From a virus (Duplodnaviria > Caudoviricetes), in the IMG/VR virus record IMGVR_UViG_3300037507_003370, positions 96,001 through 160,000 of that record: a stretch of 64,000 nt of DNA, one strand, 5' to 3'. The notes below the pieces were generated by a model. The model had not been told where the DNA came from, searched no databases, and was given only the letters and a program-made list of their open reading frames with translations. Of this stretch, positions 11,601-19,510 are shown in pieces. Position numbers and translations under genes: made by a program. Within the stretch, counting starts at the first letter, position 1. Each line of letters opens with the position of its first letter.

Positions 11601-12290
11601 AGTTCTTCTTCTAAAATTCCAAAAGCAATAATACAAAAATGCGATATGGGTCTTGGTGCTGTAAGATACTGTCACAATGTTTGCAATACGCAGCTAATAG
11701 GTCCTACTTGGCCAAATATGAGAGACGATCTTGGATCATCGGATCAACTAATATATAAATACCCCAATGAAAATATACCAAGATGTCCCGATGTTGAATA
11801 TGAAGAGAGAGAAACTGAACAAAGATTCTATATGGGGTGTGGAGAGACAAAAAATGATAGTATCGTTGGTATGGAAGTTAAACAGGTTTATGATGTGCCT
11901 GTAGGAACACACACGTATATATCTGCTAGAGACTTATTTGAAAATAATAATGAGATAAAAGTAAGATTTAAATATATACCAAGAAAGATACCAACAGATT
12001 TTAGAATAACATTAGGTAACAATATAGTTAATCAAAGCCAATTATCTTTTTGGGTTTGCCATAAAACAAGCTTTAGTAATATATATAATGTAAGAACAAT
12101 CGTAGAATCTCCTCCGTTTTATAAGGTTTTAAATGAAATGATTTTCAGGAGTTGGTTTGGAGAAAGACAAAAAATAGGAATGCAAGATACATATAATCAA
12201 ACTATATATTTACAACAAAATCATTACAAATGGGTTCCATATGATTATGATACAGAAGAGGACTTATTTAAAGAAGAAAGAGGATATTAA
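5652..12290 (+). CDS. Giant (about 2212 aa) putative virion/tail protein with a proprotein-convertase P-domain-like segment
   Basis: Uninterrupted ORF; segment ITIDIDENIDFITHLSVRLKNFTHTCPKDVRASL resembles P-domain beta-sandwiches. Confidence 0.6.
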   Translation: MGSLASQQASDQASTLFREALALILKSYPPYDFELYNTYILPTEQLRPRPFVPRPAPAPLTSALPYTFRFNEIGIQNESKMFNGPNSCDIYNTTFDYDLDMSSISENDIVINHRIEDYVSPFRPEISGIWRPAFLYIDHANANNRNTVITRKDLGQDNVYEAGLKLEQFITINRPILKSWTLSDGATFNIDFSIPKDSVVEASVLGLMFWYRWYETDRENKVKQTFTIVTPEQTVTDVILKAFNFNNERYKAQLIDHAYSEPEDGEEVTNVVRYGLHSGLVDGDRVIIKEKTNPHFEIYDEYIYEVKNNAEWICLGKKRFIPGLDIFIPYDDFFVSFNSEFDKQDYIDRKDGEFGSYSFPKCKINTNDYNRYIASYNSLFNIATTDNTLAKIFEVDRINANLLPGEERQRITSAYGMRSDPDFFEKGHNRYIAAKNLCKFLSTSPVDEGITHNLYANPDFNGLDLFDLYSVANLTNLKSNLENLFGKMTIESIAGSEIPELLGKDKSSEQKILKNEVKPFAFAMENHSNLTFDNGRIVATKKDLVTELFRKSTKNRYIYFPKNQKSKIVSKFNVEDAQCYIDLNFQEKMHIPINNLCPVRNAPCSCGGRAPWAPDNAASLWYKQNFNIAGFNIYTRLKVPDDAEFEDGERESLRLSYIDENGNEDKSIIHDIHILSFMDYGNLDTEFYNQAVNAIYDAYGITQKFQQKYNLERNVFFGNGEYFDILFTDQYSSPPSQVRTIKGKYYQENLTFENAVKNQADVISEYAKKNDKINRILSLIEDRFAYRPAQQKTFSPNIRQLYTNKLGGAYFKNINLFTTGRNRFWNFRTGPVPIRDTQYFTTQSIKSLVNVRDEENKKIEISFDCGNAISIELYDLSISKLRSDKLETASCVEFPNKSPLLDDSIFAYDKIIGYEYNESQYLLTTRTAPPIISYGGHRDTTISQLGLAIESHPPPISAPDQDYPNDFKIRERNTLPYTAKNSYYYINNQTELANARRQNSIDNGRGDAWNGAYIWDKSAVKCFLSPTTFNNEITFRKGFFHPNKGWIDHTLLTGDLETLKNKTAVKDLSKSICKEFSGYGTIFNNVLATDEEAKAIICAKNHKGPDNLIIKTGFKNWLGDYVNDRYELHVPPSFITIDIDENIDFITHLSVRLKNFTHTCPKDVRASLLDSLAYRHLAWNIVDDTLARLLAFSKCNSASEDKNYAEKIRAQRAKEKSSWLGQFARKRKPFPRHLLFNNTILNYVNDFEMIFDNYARNSSLFAHSSDRILPVQSLDYYIGTSGVNTGFGDYVDTNDEGEATVSSEKAKTWAVLFENLGGDEEGGTCASLQVCTGCPVPNYDSKSIYNRFDYNNEAFNIPFNTGYNFIANFRNRTHIIPPINLEAPYNTYISEYPSTNLGARVPIQLSCLPQPDPPRPREFPKVEFPPLPIFIPPAHPSIVGLLTHIAIMTSLWEQGYGFDWGAFAGIAFPNPLIAGASRREKINKYMQNKGYLQIEGTTGEALRFFNKKQDLSLYDDKPFGISDKVQLEVQYNGCLWYNIEADIFKYSQQSSPALENKKFRYIKYSEYKDSVSVSSAGGTEYIPPLNYPGFDYNISIKEETDEIVMDGARPFYSFYQNENISIVYEKIKITPTGTVVSNGTISASILEIKLDEQINFRYSTNQIVYAEKEPNSLSIGDDTEIMDEPTNKKYIEGSRTIIKLSSRIPSLGDKESYTRAYIKKQQTTNFLIFDPTVTDGIVDIKTGSVSNQIKERLTPFGKWGDIKETSLGPIVAPYIKDQLFSEGSLGWGTNLINNKPKSVIFPEPLLTLRDFDYHYGNTNYCGKIKFTKSNNPSNVHICNMKFNPRKIYDYVGHPYAKSREDEFISFTGYPRPLPIIKNRIYGHNLFSISESNANLFEFGKENKQMALYRDKNLANYYLPFYDLTLDPSILDTELLSNAPIIHTQLSPGSGTVQFENIMSVNDKVLYDSNYYWINIPNDASGVLSSSSKIPKAIIQKCDMGLGAVRYCHNVCNTQLIGPTWPNMRDDLGSSDQLIYKYPNENIPRCPDVEYEERETEQRFYMGCGETKNDSIVGMEVKQVYDVPVGTHTYISARDLFENNNEIKVRFKYIPRKIPTDFRITLGNNIVNQSQLSFWVCHKTSFSNIYNVRTIVESPPFYKVLNEMIFRSWFGERQKIGMQDTYNQTIYLQQNHYKWVPYDYDTEEDLFKEERGY

Positions 12291-12787
12291 TGTTAAATCC
12301 ATATACAATGACGTGTGACTTTAAAAGAATAGCAGAATTTAAATATAAATGCATATACTGTGAAATGGAAGTTACTTCATACAATGCAGGATATCCAGTA
12401 ATGCTTTGTAATAAAAAACTATTGCATTATGGCTCAATGGAGCAATATGGAATGATGCTTCAACCAGTGGCAAACGAGCCACCTCCTCCATCACTTCCTG
12501 ATACGATAGAAGAGAAACCTAAAAAAGAAAAGAAGATTCCTGGCATAATTAGCAAAATATTGAATTTTGGAAAAGCTGCCACTAAACATGCTGTGGCAGG
12601 CAGTCCGAAGTGTACAGAAAAAGAAATCGCAGAGAGATACAATATATGTAAATCCTGCGAATTCTTTAGTGATAATACTTGTACTAAATGTGGATGTAAT
12701 TTAGTAAGAGAACAAGTTTATATGAATAAATTGGCTTGGGCTGACCAGAGTTGTCCAATAGGCAAGTGGAAAGCTATACCAAGATAA
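12290..12787 (+). CDS. Cys-rich protein with C-terminal DUF6171-like domain
   Basis: ERYNICKSCEF...CTKCGC...NKLAWADQSCPIGKW; N-terminal CIYC; TAATG coupling. Confidence 0.7.
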   Translation: MLNPYTMTCDFKRIAEFKYKCIYCEMEVTSYNAGYPVMLCNKKLLHYGSMEQYGMMLQPVANEPPPPSLPDTIEEKPKKEKKIPGIISKILNFGKAATKHAVAGSPKCTEKEIAERYNICKSCEFFSDNTCTKCGCNLVREQVYMNKLAWADQSCPIGKWKAIPR

Positions 12788-13111
12788 TCACTTAGTCTCC
12801 TTGGACCATTTGTGCCAACCCTTGTTGGGCAAATAGTTTCCATCATCATCTTTTCTCTTAGGAAATAAAGTGCCGCCCTTTTTGTGCTGACCGAAAGCTA
12901 ATACGGCACCACAATCAGAGCACCTTAGTTCATAATAGTCGTTACCTTCTACATTCCTAACAACAAACCTAAAATTGCTGCTACCACATAGTCCACACTT
13001 TTCTTCTCCGAAAATTTCTTGAAGAGCAGACAGTTCCTTAAAAATTTCTTTCTGTCCTTCACCCTCTAATTCAAATTCTAATTTATCATTAACCTTGTAT
13101 CTTAATTTCAT
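12788..13111 (-). CDS. Zn-finger hypothetical protein (107 aa)
   Basis: Encoded on the minus strand (track labels it +): reverse complement reads ...WHKWSKETK-TGA. CGLC...CSDC motifs; GAGG upstream of ATG 13111. Confidence 0.8.
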   Translation of the reverse strand: MKLRYKVNDKLEFELEGEGQKEIFKELSALQEIFGEEKCGLCGSSNFRFVVRNVEGNDYYELRCSDCGAVLAFGQHKKGGTLFPKRKDDDGNYLPNKGWHKWSKETK

Positions 13112-13118
13112 ATGAACC

Positions 13119-13832
13119 TCATTTCCATTCTTCTGTATAACCCAATAGATCAGAGGGGATCTGATCAATTGTTTGTTGGTATTTGGATAACTCTCTTATA
13201 ATAGAAACCCCGTCTTCATGCATCAAGCTTCTAACGTTATTAGGAAGATTCATATTTGATAAAAGATTAATAGGATTTATATTTAGTCTTTTTGACATTA
13301 CATCTATAAAATTTATCTGATTGTTGCTAATTTTCGACACAGAGTCTCCTGTAATATCATCTTCTATTGAATTGGCCAATTCTTCGGCAGCAACAACCTT
13401 CCTTAGCTTCAGCGCTCTCCTCAATGCTCTACCTTCTGCTCTTGTTTCTGCTACTGCCACTGGATGGTTCCTATAAACCTTATCGCAGTTACCCCAATAA
13501 ACGTCTGCTGCGCCATCTACAGTGATAGTATTTAAATCAGGTATGTCTGCATTAGCATCATTTAAATGATAGGTTATAGAGTGAACAACAGTTGCCCTTT
13601 TTTCGTTCGAAATATCGGGAGATTGAGCCACTTTGCTTTGAGATCTTATTAATCTACAATTTAATGCTATTTCGAATATTCTTCTTAAGCCATCCGTTGT
13701 AGGATTGCCATCTATTTTTTCATCATCGGACAATAATCCTAAGACATAATCATTCCACTCCAGATCATTAGGTGTGACTTTCTTGATCTCACCGGAAACA
13801 ATTTGTTCTTCTACTTTTTCCTTTTTAGGCAT
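13119..13832 (-). CDS. Rad52/Rad22 (Sak-like) single-strand annealing protein
   Basis: DGAADV and AVAETRAEGRALRRAL motifs; AGGAG 6 nt upstream of ATG 13832. Confidence 0.6.
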   Translation of the reverse strand: MPKKEKVEEQIVSGEIKKVTPNDLEWNDYVLGLLSDDEKIDGNPTTDGLRRIFEIALNCRLIRSQSKVAQSPDISNEKRATVVHSITYHLNDANADIPDLNTITVDGAADVYWGNCDKVYRNHPVAVAETRAEGRALRRALKLRKVVAAEELANSIEDDITGDSVSKISNNQINFIDVMSKRLNINPINLLSNMNLPNNVRSLMHEDGVSIIRELSKYQQTIDQIPSDLLGYTEEWK

Positions 13833-14634
13833 TGTCATCTCCTATTTCTATATAAGTTTCTTTATCGTTTTTAATTTTACTAATGGCTCTTATGAGATTA
13901 TCGTAAACAATATTGGCTCTTGTTTTAGAAAAATCTTTTGTTTGCTTTATCCTTATCAAAGATATTCCTTTACCAGCCAATAACCCAGTCTTCTTTGCAT
14001 CATATCCCTTGTTTCTTTTTAGGGACTCCTCGCCCCAAACAGGCTCAAAGTGAGATGGGCCATCAACCTCTATAGCTATGTTAAGAGTGGGAATAAAAAG
14101 GTCAATCTGTAATTTTGTATTTGACAGTATCTGTTCCTTGTGGAAACTAATAACATAGCCATCGTGTATTAATTTTTCTAGTAAGAATTTTTCAAGTTTG
14201 GAACCCTTCTTACTACTATCTCTTACTGCATTATTTGCCATCTTGATTATTTCTGATTTTTTATCATCGCTCATTTTATTCCATCGGTCCCTACTATTAT
14301 TTTTAATTTTAGAGACCTCTTCTTCTGTCATATCTTTCCATGTTTTATAAACACCAAGTCCTATTTTGTCTTTCACATCCTGAGTTCTGACTTTCCCTTT
14401 TGTTGGATGCTTATGCTTACCCGTATTCAAAGCATTCTTTTGAGCATCGCTTTTATTTCTTATATCTATATGAAATTTTTTAGCATCTCTTCTAATTTTG
14501 TTTGGATATGTATCATATTTTTTAGCTATGTCTATAAAAGACATTTTTTTGTTTACATACAGCTGTTCTATTATCTCTTTTTTTTTATTTTCATTATAAT
14601 TATCATAGCTTGATATATTCGAAGATTTTTTCAT
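13825..14634 (-). CDS. Free-standing Vsr/DUF559-like (EDxHD-type) endonuclease with N-terminal HTH and NUMOD3-like repeats
   Basis: QIDLFIPTLNIAIEVDGPSHF nuclease motif; basic repeats such as KGKVRTQDVKDKIG. Confidence 0.7.
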   Translation of the reverse strand: MKKSSNISSYDNYNENKKKEIIEQLYVNKKMSFIDIAKKYDTYPNKIRRDAKKFHIDIRNKSDAQKNALNTGKHKHPTKGKVRTQDVKDKIGLGVYKTWKDMTEEEVSKIKNNSRDRWNKMSDDKKSEIIKMANNAVRDSSKKGSKLEKFLLEKLIHDGYVISFHKEQILSNTKLQIDLFIPTLNIAIEVDGPSHFEPVWGEESLKRNKGYDAKKTGLLAGKGISLIRIKQTKDFSKTRANIVYDNLIRAISKIKNDKETYIEIGDDNA

Positions 14635-15103
14635 AGTTGTTATTCTCTATTATTAGGGATTCTTTCCAGCATAAATCTAATATTTTTTTGTGTTCAATAT
14701 TATCTGTAACCAATAAACTATTATTGACATATAATTCTCTTAATCCAAAGTATTGAGATAGTTTTTCATAATCTGGATCGTTCACATCATGGTTAAAATT
14801 TACGTATTTTTGCCATTCTAATTCTAAAGGAAAAAAAATCTTATGACTAGTGACGCAGCTTTTTAGAAATAGCATAGAAGCTAGATCAAAAGCTATCATA
14901 GGACCTAAAAAGAATTTGGCTTCATTAAGATGTAAAACTCCAAATTTATTAATCATTGGACTATAATTAGAATACAAAGAATTAAAAACTACGCAATCCG
15001 AATAAGGAGTAGAAGAACTAATTCTATCAATTATATTTAGTATATTTTTGGATTTTTCATTCTCTTCTACAGATGGTACGACAAAGCCTATGCTATTTTT
15101 CAT
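14603..15103 (-). CDS. Hypothetical protein
   Basis: 166-aa ORF overlapping both neighbours in the operon. Confidence 0.65.
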   Translation of the reverse strand: MKNSIGFVVPSVEENEKSKNILNIIDRISSSTPYSDCVVFNSLYSNYSPMINKFGVLHLNEAKFFLGPMIAFDLASMLFLKSCVTSHKIFFPLELEWQKYVNFNHDVNDPDYEKLSQYFGLRELYVNNSLLVTDNIEHKKILDLCWKESLIIENNNYEKIFEYIKL

Positions 15104-15888
15104 AATATATAATTCTCTAAAAGGTATTTATAAGAATGTTTTTTCATAATCTCTGGATTAATTGATATTGGATTATTTTTTATAGAATCAATACTACTCT
15201 CATTAATTTTTTGTTTTTTAACCATATTATTAGTTACCGTTGAAATTAGTGGAGTTTTAAAATACGCAGCGTATGCTATATAGTAATTATTCAGATCTAT
15301 ATATAGCTTGCTGGACCTTATCATTGACACAAATCTTACATCATCGACCATTCCTAGATTTTGAATATGATTTATATTTGGATTATTAAATAGTTTAATG
15401 TTTAAATTTGTATTGGGGGCGCAAATATTTTCAAGTTCTTCCGGTATATTTGAAATGCCCGAAATATCGGCTATTATATCAAGTCCATCATAAAGAGTTT
15501 TATCTGGTATGTTATTAACTAAATATTCACTATAGTAAGAATATAATTTAATTATTTTTGTTGCTTTTTTTGATTTTGGAATATCAGAATCTGCATTGAT
15601 TAATATTTTTATATTAAGTTCTAATAAGTCAGATATTAATTGAATATTATTTCCATCAATATAAAAAAGTATTTTATCTTTTATAGATCTATCTGAATTT
15701 TGAATAAAATCAATAACTTCTCTATTTATCATAGAACTAGAAAATATAATCTTTGTAATTTGATCTATATTAGCATATATAGTATCATATAACTTATTTG
15801 GAGAATATAAAGATACAGGATATTTATCTTTTAAATCATAAGTAAGATGTTTTAGAAATTTTTGTTCTATAGATTGTAATATAAACAT
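15100..15888 (-). CDS. Hypothetical protein, possibly a diverged GT-B glycosyltransferase fold
   Basis: C-terminal IRSSKLYIDL...AAYFKTPLIS resembles the GT-B nucleotide-binding half. Confidence 0.45.
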   Translation of the reverse strand: MFILQSIEQKFLKHLTYDLKDKYPVSLYSPNKLYDTIYANIDQITKIIFSSSMINREVIDFIQNSDRSIKDKILFYIDGNNIQLISDLLELNIKILINADSDIPKSKKATKIIKLYSYYSEYLVNNIPDKTLYDGLDIIADISGISNIPEELENICAPNTNLNIKLFNNPNINHIQNLGMVDDVRFVSMIRSSKLYIDLNNYYIAYAAYFKTPLISTVTNNMVKKQKINESSIDSIKNNPISINPEIMKKHSYKYLLENYIL

Positions 15889-15892
15889 ATGA

Positions 15893-16540
15893 TCATTTCA
15901 TGTTAATAATGTTTTGTACGCTATTGTATTTTAAATTATAAGACTCTGTTTTGCATAAATCAAATGATTCATTTAGTATTTCGAAAAGGAGCATATTCTT
16001 ATTGTTGTTCGTTATCTCAGTAAAAGTTTTCAAATGTTCTGGATGTATAATAAAAGACTCTGCCCAGTATGGTTCTAGATTATAGAAAACATACTCAACA
16101 TTATTATCTGTGATAGTACATCCTAGGCGAAAATTAATATTTTTATTAGTAACGAATACGACATTATTTTTTATAGTTTTTTTTATAGGAATTTTCCATA
16201 CAATACCGGAACTTAAAACTAAAGTTGGATACTCGTTATCTATATGATTTAATCCAAGATTTAGTGCATATGATTGTCCATATCTAGAATACTCTTCGTT
16301 ATATACTATCTCTGTACATTTTGGAAAGTTTATTTTTTTTCTTATTTTTTCAAAATCGAAACCAAGAACTATTATTAGTTTTTTTATTTGTTCAATATTA
16401 TTGATCAAAGAATTAATTTGATGATTTAATAAGAAGTCTGTTTTTTGATTAATCCTTATTGGTAAAAGACATTTAGACCCAAAAGATTTCATTCCTTTGG
16501 TAATTTCGTGAGATAGTAATATGACGTTATACTCACTCAT
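15893..16540 (-). CDS. Sugar/phospho-nucleotidyltransferase (NTP_transferase-like)
   Basis: N-terminal VILLSHEITKGMKSFGSKCLLPI; IIVLGFDFEKI; YGQSYALNLGL. Confidence 0.65.
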   Translation of the reverse strand: MSEYNVILLSHEITKGMKSFGSKCLLPIRINQKTDFLLNHQINSLINNIEQIKKLIIVLGFDFEKIRKKINFPKCTEIVYNEEYSRYGQSYALNLGLNHIDNEYPTLVLSSGIVWKIPIKKTIKNNVVFVTNKNINFRLGCTITDNNVEYVFYNLEPYWAESFIIHPEHLKTFTEITNNNKNMLLFEILNESFDLCKTESYNLKYNSVQNIINMK

Positions 16541-17058
16541 ATAGAAAATATGTCTCTATTTGTTTCTTTAATTTTTTCTAAAATATTTATTTGATTATTC
16601 TTATTGTATATCATAAAATTTGAGAAAGATGTTAGAAATCCATTATATTTATCTCCTTGTGGACTTATCGCACCAAAATCTTGGTTATTTGAATTTTTTA
16701 GTACTTCATCAATCTTAACGAAGTATTCTGAAGACACTTCTTTAATGTTTTCAAACACTACATAATGTGTTGTATCATGTTTTTTCTTATTGGTATCAAG
16801 CACAACATCAATTGATTCTTCTAGAGGATAATCTTCTAACATTATATCATGTAATTTCCATGGATATTTTATCTCTTCATCTTGTAATTCCTGAAGATAC
16901 GTGAAGAGTTGCTGAAAATCATAGGCATATTCTGGCTTAAATAAAAAAGAACAACATCCTATACTAGCATCATAATTCAAACACTCTTTAATTTTTTCTG
17001 GAATAAATTCATCAACAAAAATCAAAAGATATATTTTATAACTTTTTGTTTCAAGCAT
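16537..17058 (-). CDS. Hypothetical protein
   Basis: 173-aa ORF coupled by overlaps. Confidence 0.6.
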   Translation of the reverse strand: MLETKSYKIYLLIFVDEFIPEKIKECLNYDASIGCCSFLFKPEYAYDFQQLFTYLQELQDEEIKYPWKLHDIMLEDYPLEESIDVVLDTNKKKHDTTHYVVFENIKEVSSEYFVKIDEVLKNSNNQDFGAISPQGDKYNGFLTSFSNFMIYNKNNQINILEKIKETNRDIFSI

Positions 17059-17476
17059 GTCTGATCATCTCCATTTTAATTAAAGAATCATCATATGTTA
17101 TATTCACTATCATTATAGTTTTTATATCATTGAGAGCATCTGTTATAGTCTTTTCTAAAAGCAAATTTTTTGTAAAAGTATTATCAAACAATATCTTATT
17201 CACTTGATCAATATTTATTTTATCTTGACAAATATCATTTATAACTTTTTCCGTATTCTTAAAAGAGAAGAACAATCTACCATTATTGATTTTAATTTTT
17301 TCAGAAAGAGCAAATATAAATGCAGAGATATCTTCTTTCCTTATGGTCTCTAATTCTGAAAACCAAAGAGAATCTATCGATCCTGATACTATTTCGTCAA
17401 TTTGCGAAATATGAACGTTTGATCCTTTGGAAAGTTTGTAGCTATCGGAAACATATAAATTGATTGTTTTATGCAT
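17051..17476 (-). CDS. Hypothetical protein, possibly a degenerate class I methyltransferase fold
   Basis: SGSIDSLWFSELE...KIKINNGRLFFS resembles the C-terminal half of class I MTases; no GxGxG motif. Confidence 0.4.
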   Translation of the reverse strand: MHKTINLYVSDSYKLSKGSNVHISQIDEIVSGSIDSLWFSELETIRKEDISAFIFALSEKIKINNGRLFFSFKNTEKVINDICQDKINIDQVNKILFDNTFTKNLLLEKTITDALNDIKTIMIVNITYDDSLIKMEMIRHA

Positions 17477-18371
17477 AATCGACCACCGTGTTGTTAGCGA
17501 GTGAAAATATCTCTGAGATATCAGATATAAAATTATGGTTATTTAAAATATTCTTATTTTTTTCTATATTCATTTTTCTAATAATTTGATCGTACTGAGT
17601 ATTTAATTGAGAAAACATTGACAATATAGAAGCTGTATCCGGAGTAAAAAATATACTCTGGTTATTAGAAGAGTTTTGATGAGGGGTTAAAGAGACAGCC
17701 CCAAAAAAATTTGCATATAAATAATTTGTGAACTTATGTTCATCAATATGTAGTATCATTTTAGCAGATTTGATCTTGTTCATTAAAGGATCATCAGAAT
17801 AATCAGAGCAATGATCGACATTCAATCCTTCTTTTTTTAGTTCGTTGATAATTGATTTAATCATTTCCGGATCCGTATCACTGTGCAGAACTAAAACATC
17901 AATATTCTTATTTAACTGCAACAGATCTACTTGTCCGAAAACCTGATCCAAATTAGGTATAGAATGAAATACATTTGGATGACCAATAGACTTTATTCCT
18001 TTATATGTTTCATTGTCTAAACATAATATGTATTCATATTTAGATATAGCTTTTTTAACAGCTTCATTCAAGTTCACAATTCTACCTTCAATAATTAAAA
18101 TCGTTGACACGCCATCTATCGATTTATCTCTTTCGTTATCAGATCCTAATGTTACATTAAAATTATAACCCAAATCATTACTTGATGGACCTATGTAGCA
18201 ACCATCCATTTTTGCTGGCCCCGACTTAATAGTAAATGAGTGGTTTGATTTTTCACAAATTAAGCTGAATAAATGATCAAAACATCCTCCAATAGCATTA
18301 TATGCTATATGATAAGAGTCTTTATAGCTACATCTTCTTATTGCATTTTTTACACTATATCCAATAAACAT
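17469..18371 (-). CDS. Diverged glycosyltransferase-like protein (GT-B)
   Basis: KNIDVLVL...KIKSAKMILH...ANFFGAVSL pattern; lies in a GT operon. Confidence 0.45.
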   Translation of the reverse strand: MFIGYSVKNAIRRCSYKDSYHIAYNAIGGCFDHLFSLICEKSNHSFTIKSGPAKMDGCYIGPSSNDLGYNFNVTLGSDNERDKSIDGVSTILIIEGRIVNLNEAVKKAISKYEYILCLDNETYKGIKSIGHPNVFHSIPNLDQVFGQVDLLQLNKNIDVLVLHSDTDPEMIKSIINELKKEGLNVDHCSDYSDDPLMNKIKSAKMILHIDEHKFTNYLYANFFGAVSLTPHQNSSNNQSIFFTPDTASILSMFSQLNTQYDQIIRKMNIEKNKNILNNHNFISDISEIFSLANNTVVDYA

Positions 18372-19510
18372 AATTTTTTCCCTACTTCTTGATAGCTGAA
18401 TTGATTGGTCATTAGTTTTGATTGATCTGATTTATATTTTAATAATTCTTTATTGGTTTTATAAATCTCTATTGCGTTTCTTATGGTCTGTCTGATACTT
18501 AAAACAGAAGGACTCATACCCACCTCATATTCTGAATCATGATCTAGAAGTCCATTACCAGAATATTCTACTTGTTCTTCTATTGCTGGTATAATAAAAC
18601 CATTATCATTATTCACGTAATCTGTTGGTCCTGTATTTTCTACACATATTGGAATATTTCCAAATCTCATAGACTCAGCTAGTGGTCTACAAAAAGCTTC
18701 TCCTTTAGATGGACATACGAATATATCACAGTAATAGTGTAATTTTAAGATATCATATCTGCTGATATTTTCTGTAATCAGAAGCACTTTACTACCCAGC
18801 CCTTTATGAAATCTCAATGTAGATAATTCTTTTTCTAAAGATTTGATAAAAGAATCTTTTTTCTCGTCTGGAATATGAGAAGTTTTAATTACCAAAACAA
18901 CTTTTTCTCTTTCCATTATTTCTGACCTAAAAGCCTTAATCAAATTAATGATATTTTTTCTTTTAATAAAAGTACCAATAAAGTATAACTTGATATAATC
19001 TTTATATTTTGTATTTAATCCTACAAAATCCCTATTGTCTGTTTCTATAACAGATATCGCGCTATCTATTTCTTCACACGGTATTACTTGAGATATTGTA
19101 TGTATTGGTTTATGAACACCTGAGTCTACTAATGCTCTTTTTTCTATAGAGCTTGGTACACATATTTTATCAAGCTGATTAAGTGGTTGTATTATTCCAT
19201 AATTTTTGGTTAAATTATTAACTTCAAATACATTTATGCCGACATTAGAAGATGTTTTGTCGGTATAGATTGCTTGAGGAAGCACTTTTTGTATGATAGT
19301 ATCAAATTTTGTAATTGTCTCTGATTCTAGAATCCTAACATATTCTGGTATGTTTTGAGCAATTTCTTGAGAAAAGTATACTGGGTGAATTTTTAAACTA
19401 TAGTTTTTTTCATTACAAGCATATATTATAGAGTTAAGATATCCTAGAGAAGCATTTCCCCAGCCATCATTTTGCCTATATGGAGCTATGTACAAAATAT
19501 TTTTAGACAT
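18350..19510 (-). CDS. GT4-family glycosyltransferase
   Basis: FIGTFIKRKNI, CDIFVCPSKGEAFCRPLAESMRFG; probable start MSKNILYIAP at 19510. Confidence 0.85.
   Translation of the reverse strand: MSKNILYIAPYRQNDGWGNASLGYLNSIIYACNEKNYSLKIHPVYFSQEIAQNIPEYVRILESETITKFDTIIQKVLPQAIYTDKTSSNVGINVFEVNNLTKNYGIIQPLNQLDKICVPSSIEKRALVDSGVHKPIHTISQVIPCEEIDSAISVIETDNRDFVGLNTKYKDYIKLYFIGTFIKRKNIINLIKAFRSEIMEREKVVLVIKTSHIPDEKKDSFIKSLEKELSTLRFHKGLGSKVLLITENISRYDILKLHYYCDIFVCPSKGEAFCRPLAESMRFGNIPICVENTGPTDYVNNDNGFIIPAIEEQVEYSGNGLLDHDSEYEVGMSPSVLSIRQTIRNAIEIYKTNKELLKYKSDQSKLMTNQFSYQEVGKKLCLLDIV

Noticed and set aside
12788-13168. Track entry labelled + strand with start 13168
   Set aside because: The listed peptide is only obtained from the reverse complement. 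Annotated on - with start 13111, which has an SD and avoids overlap with the upstream gene.
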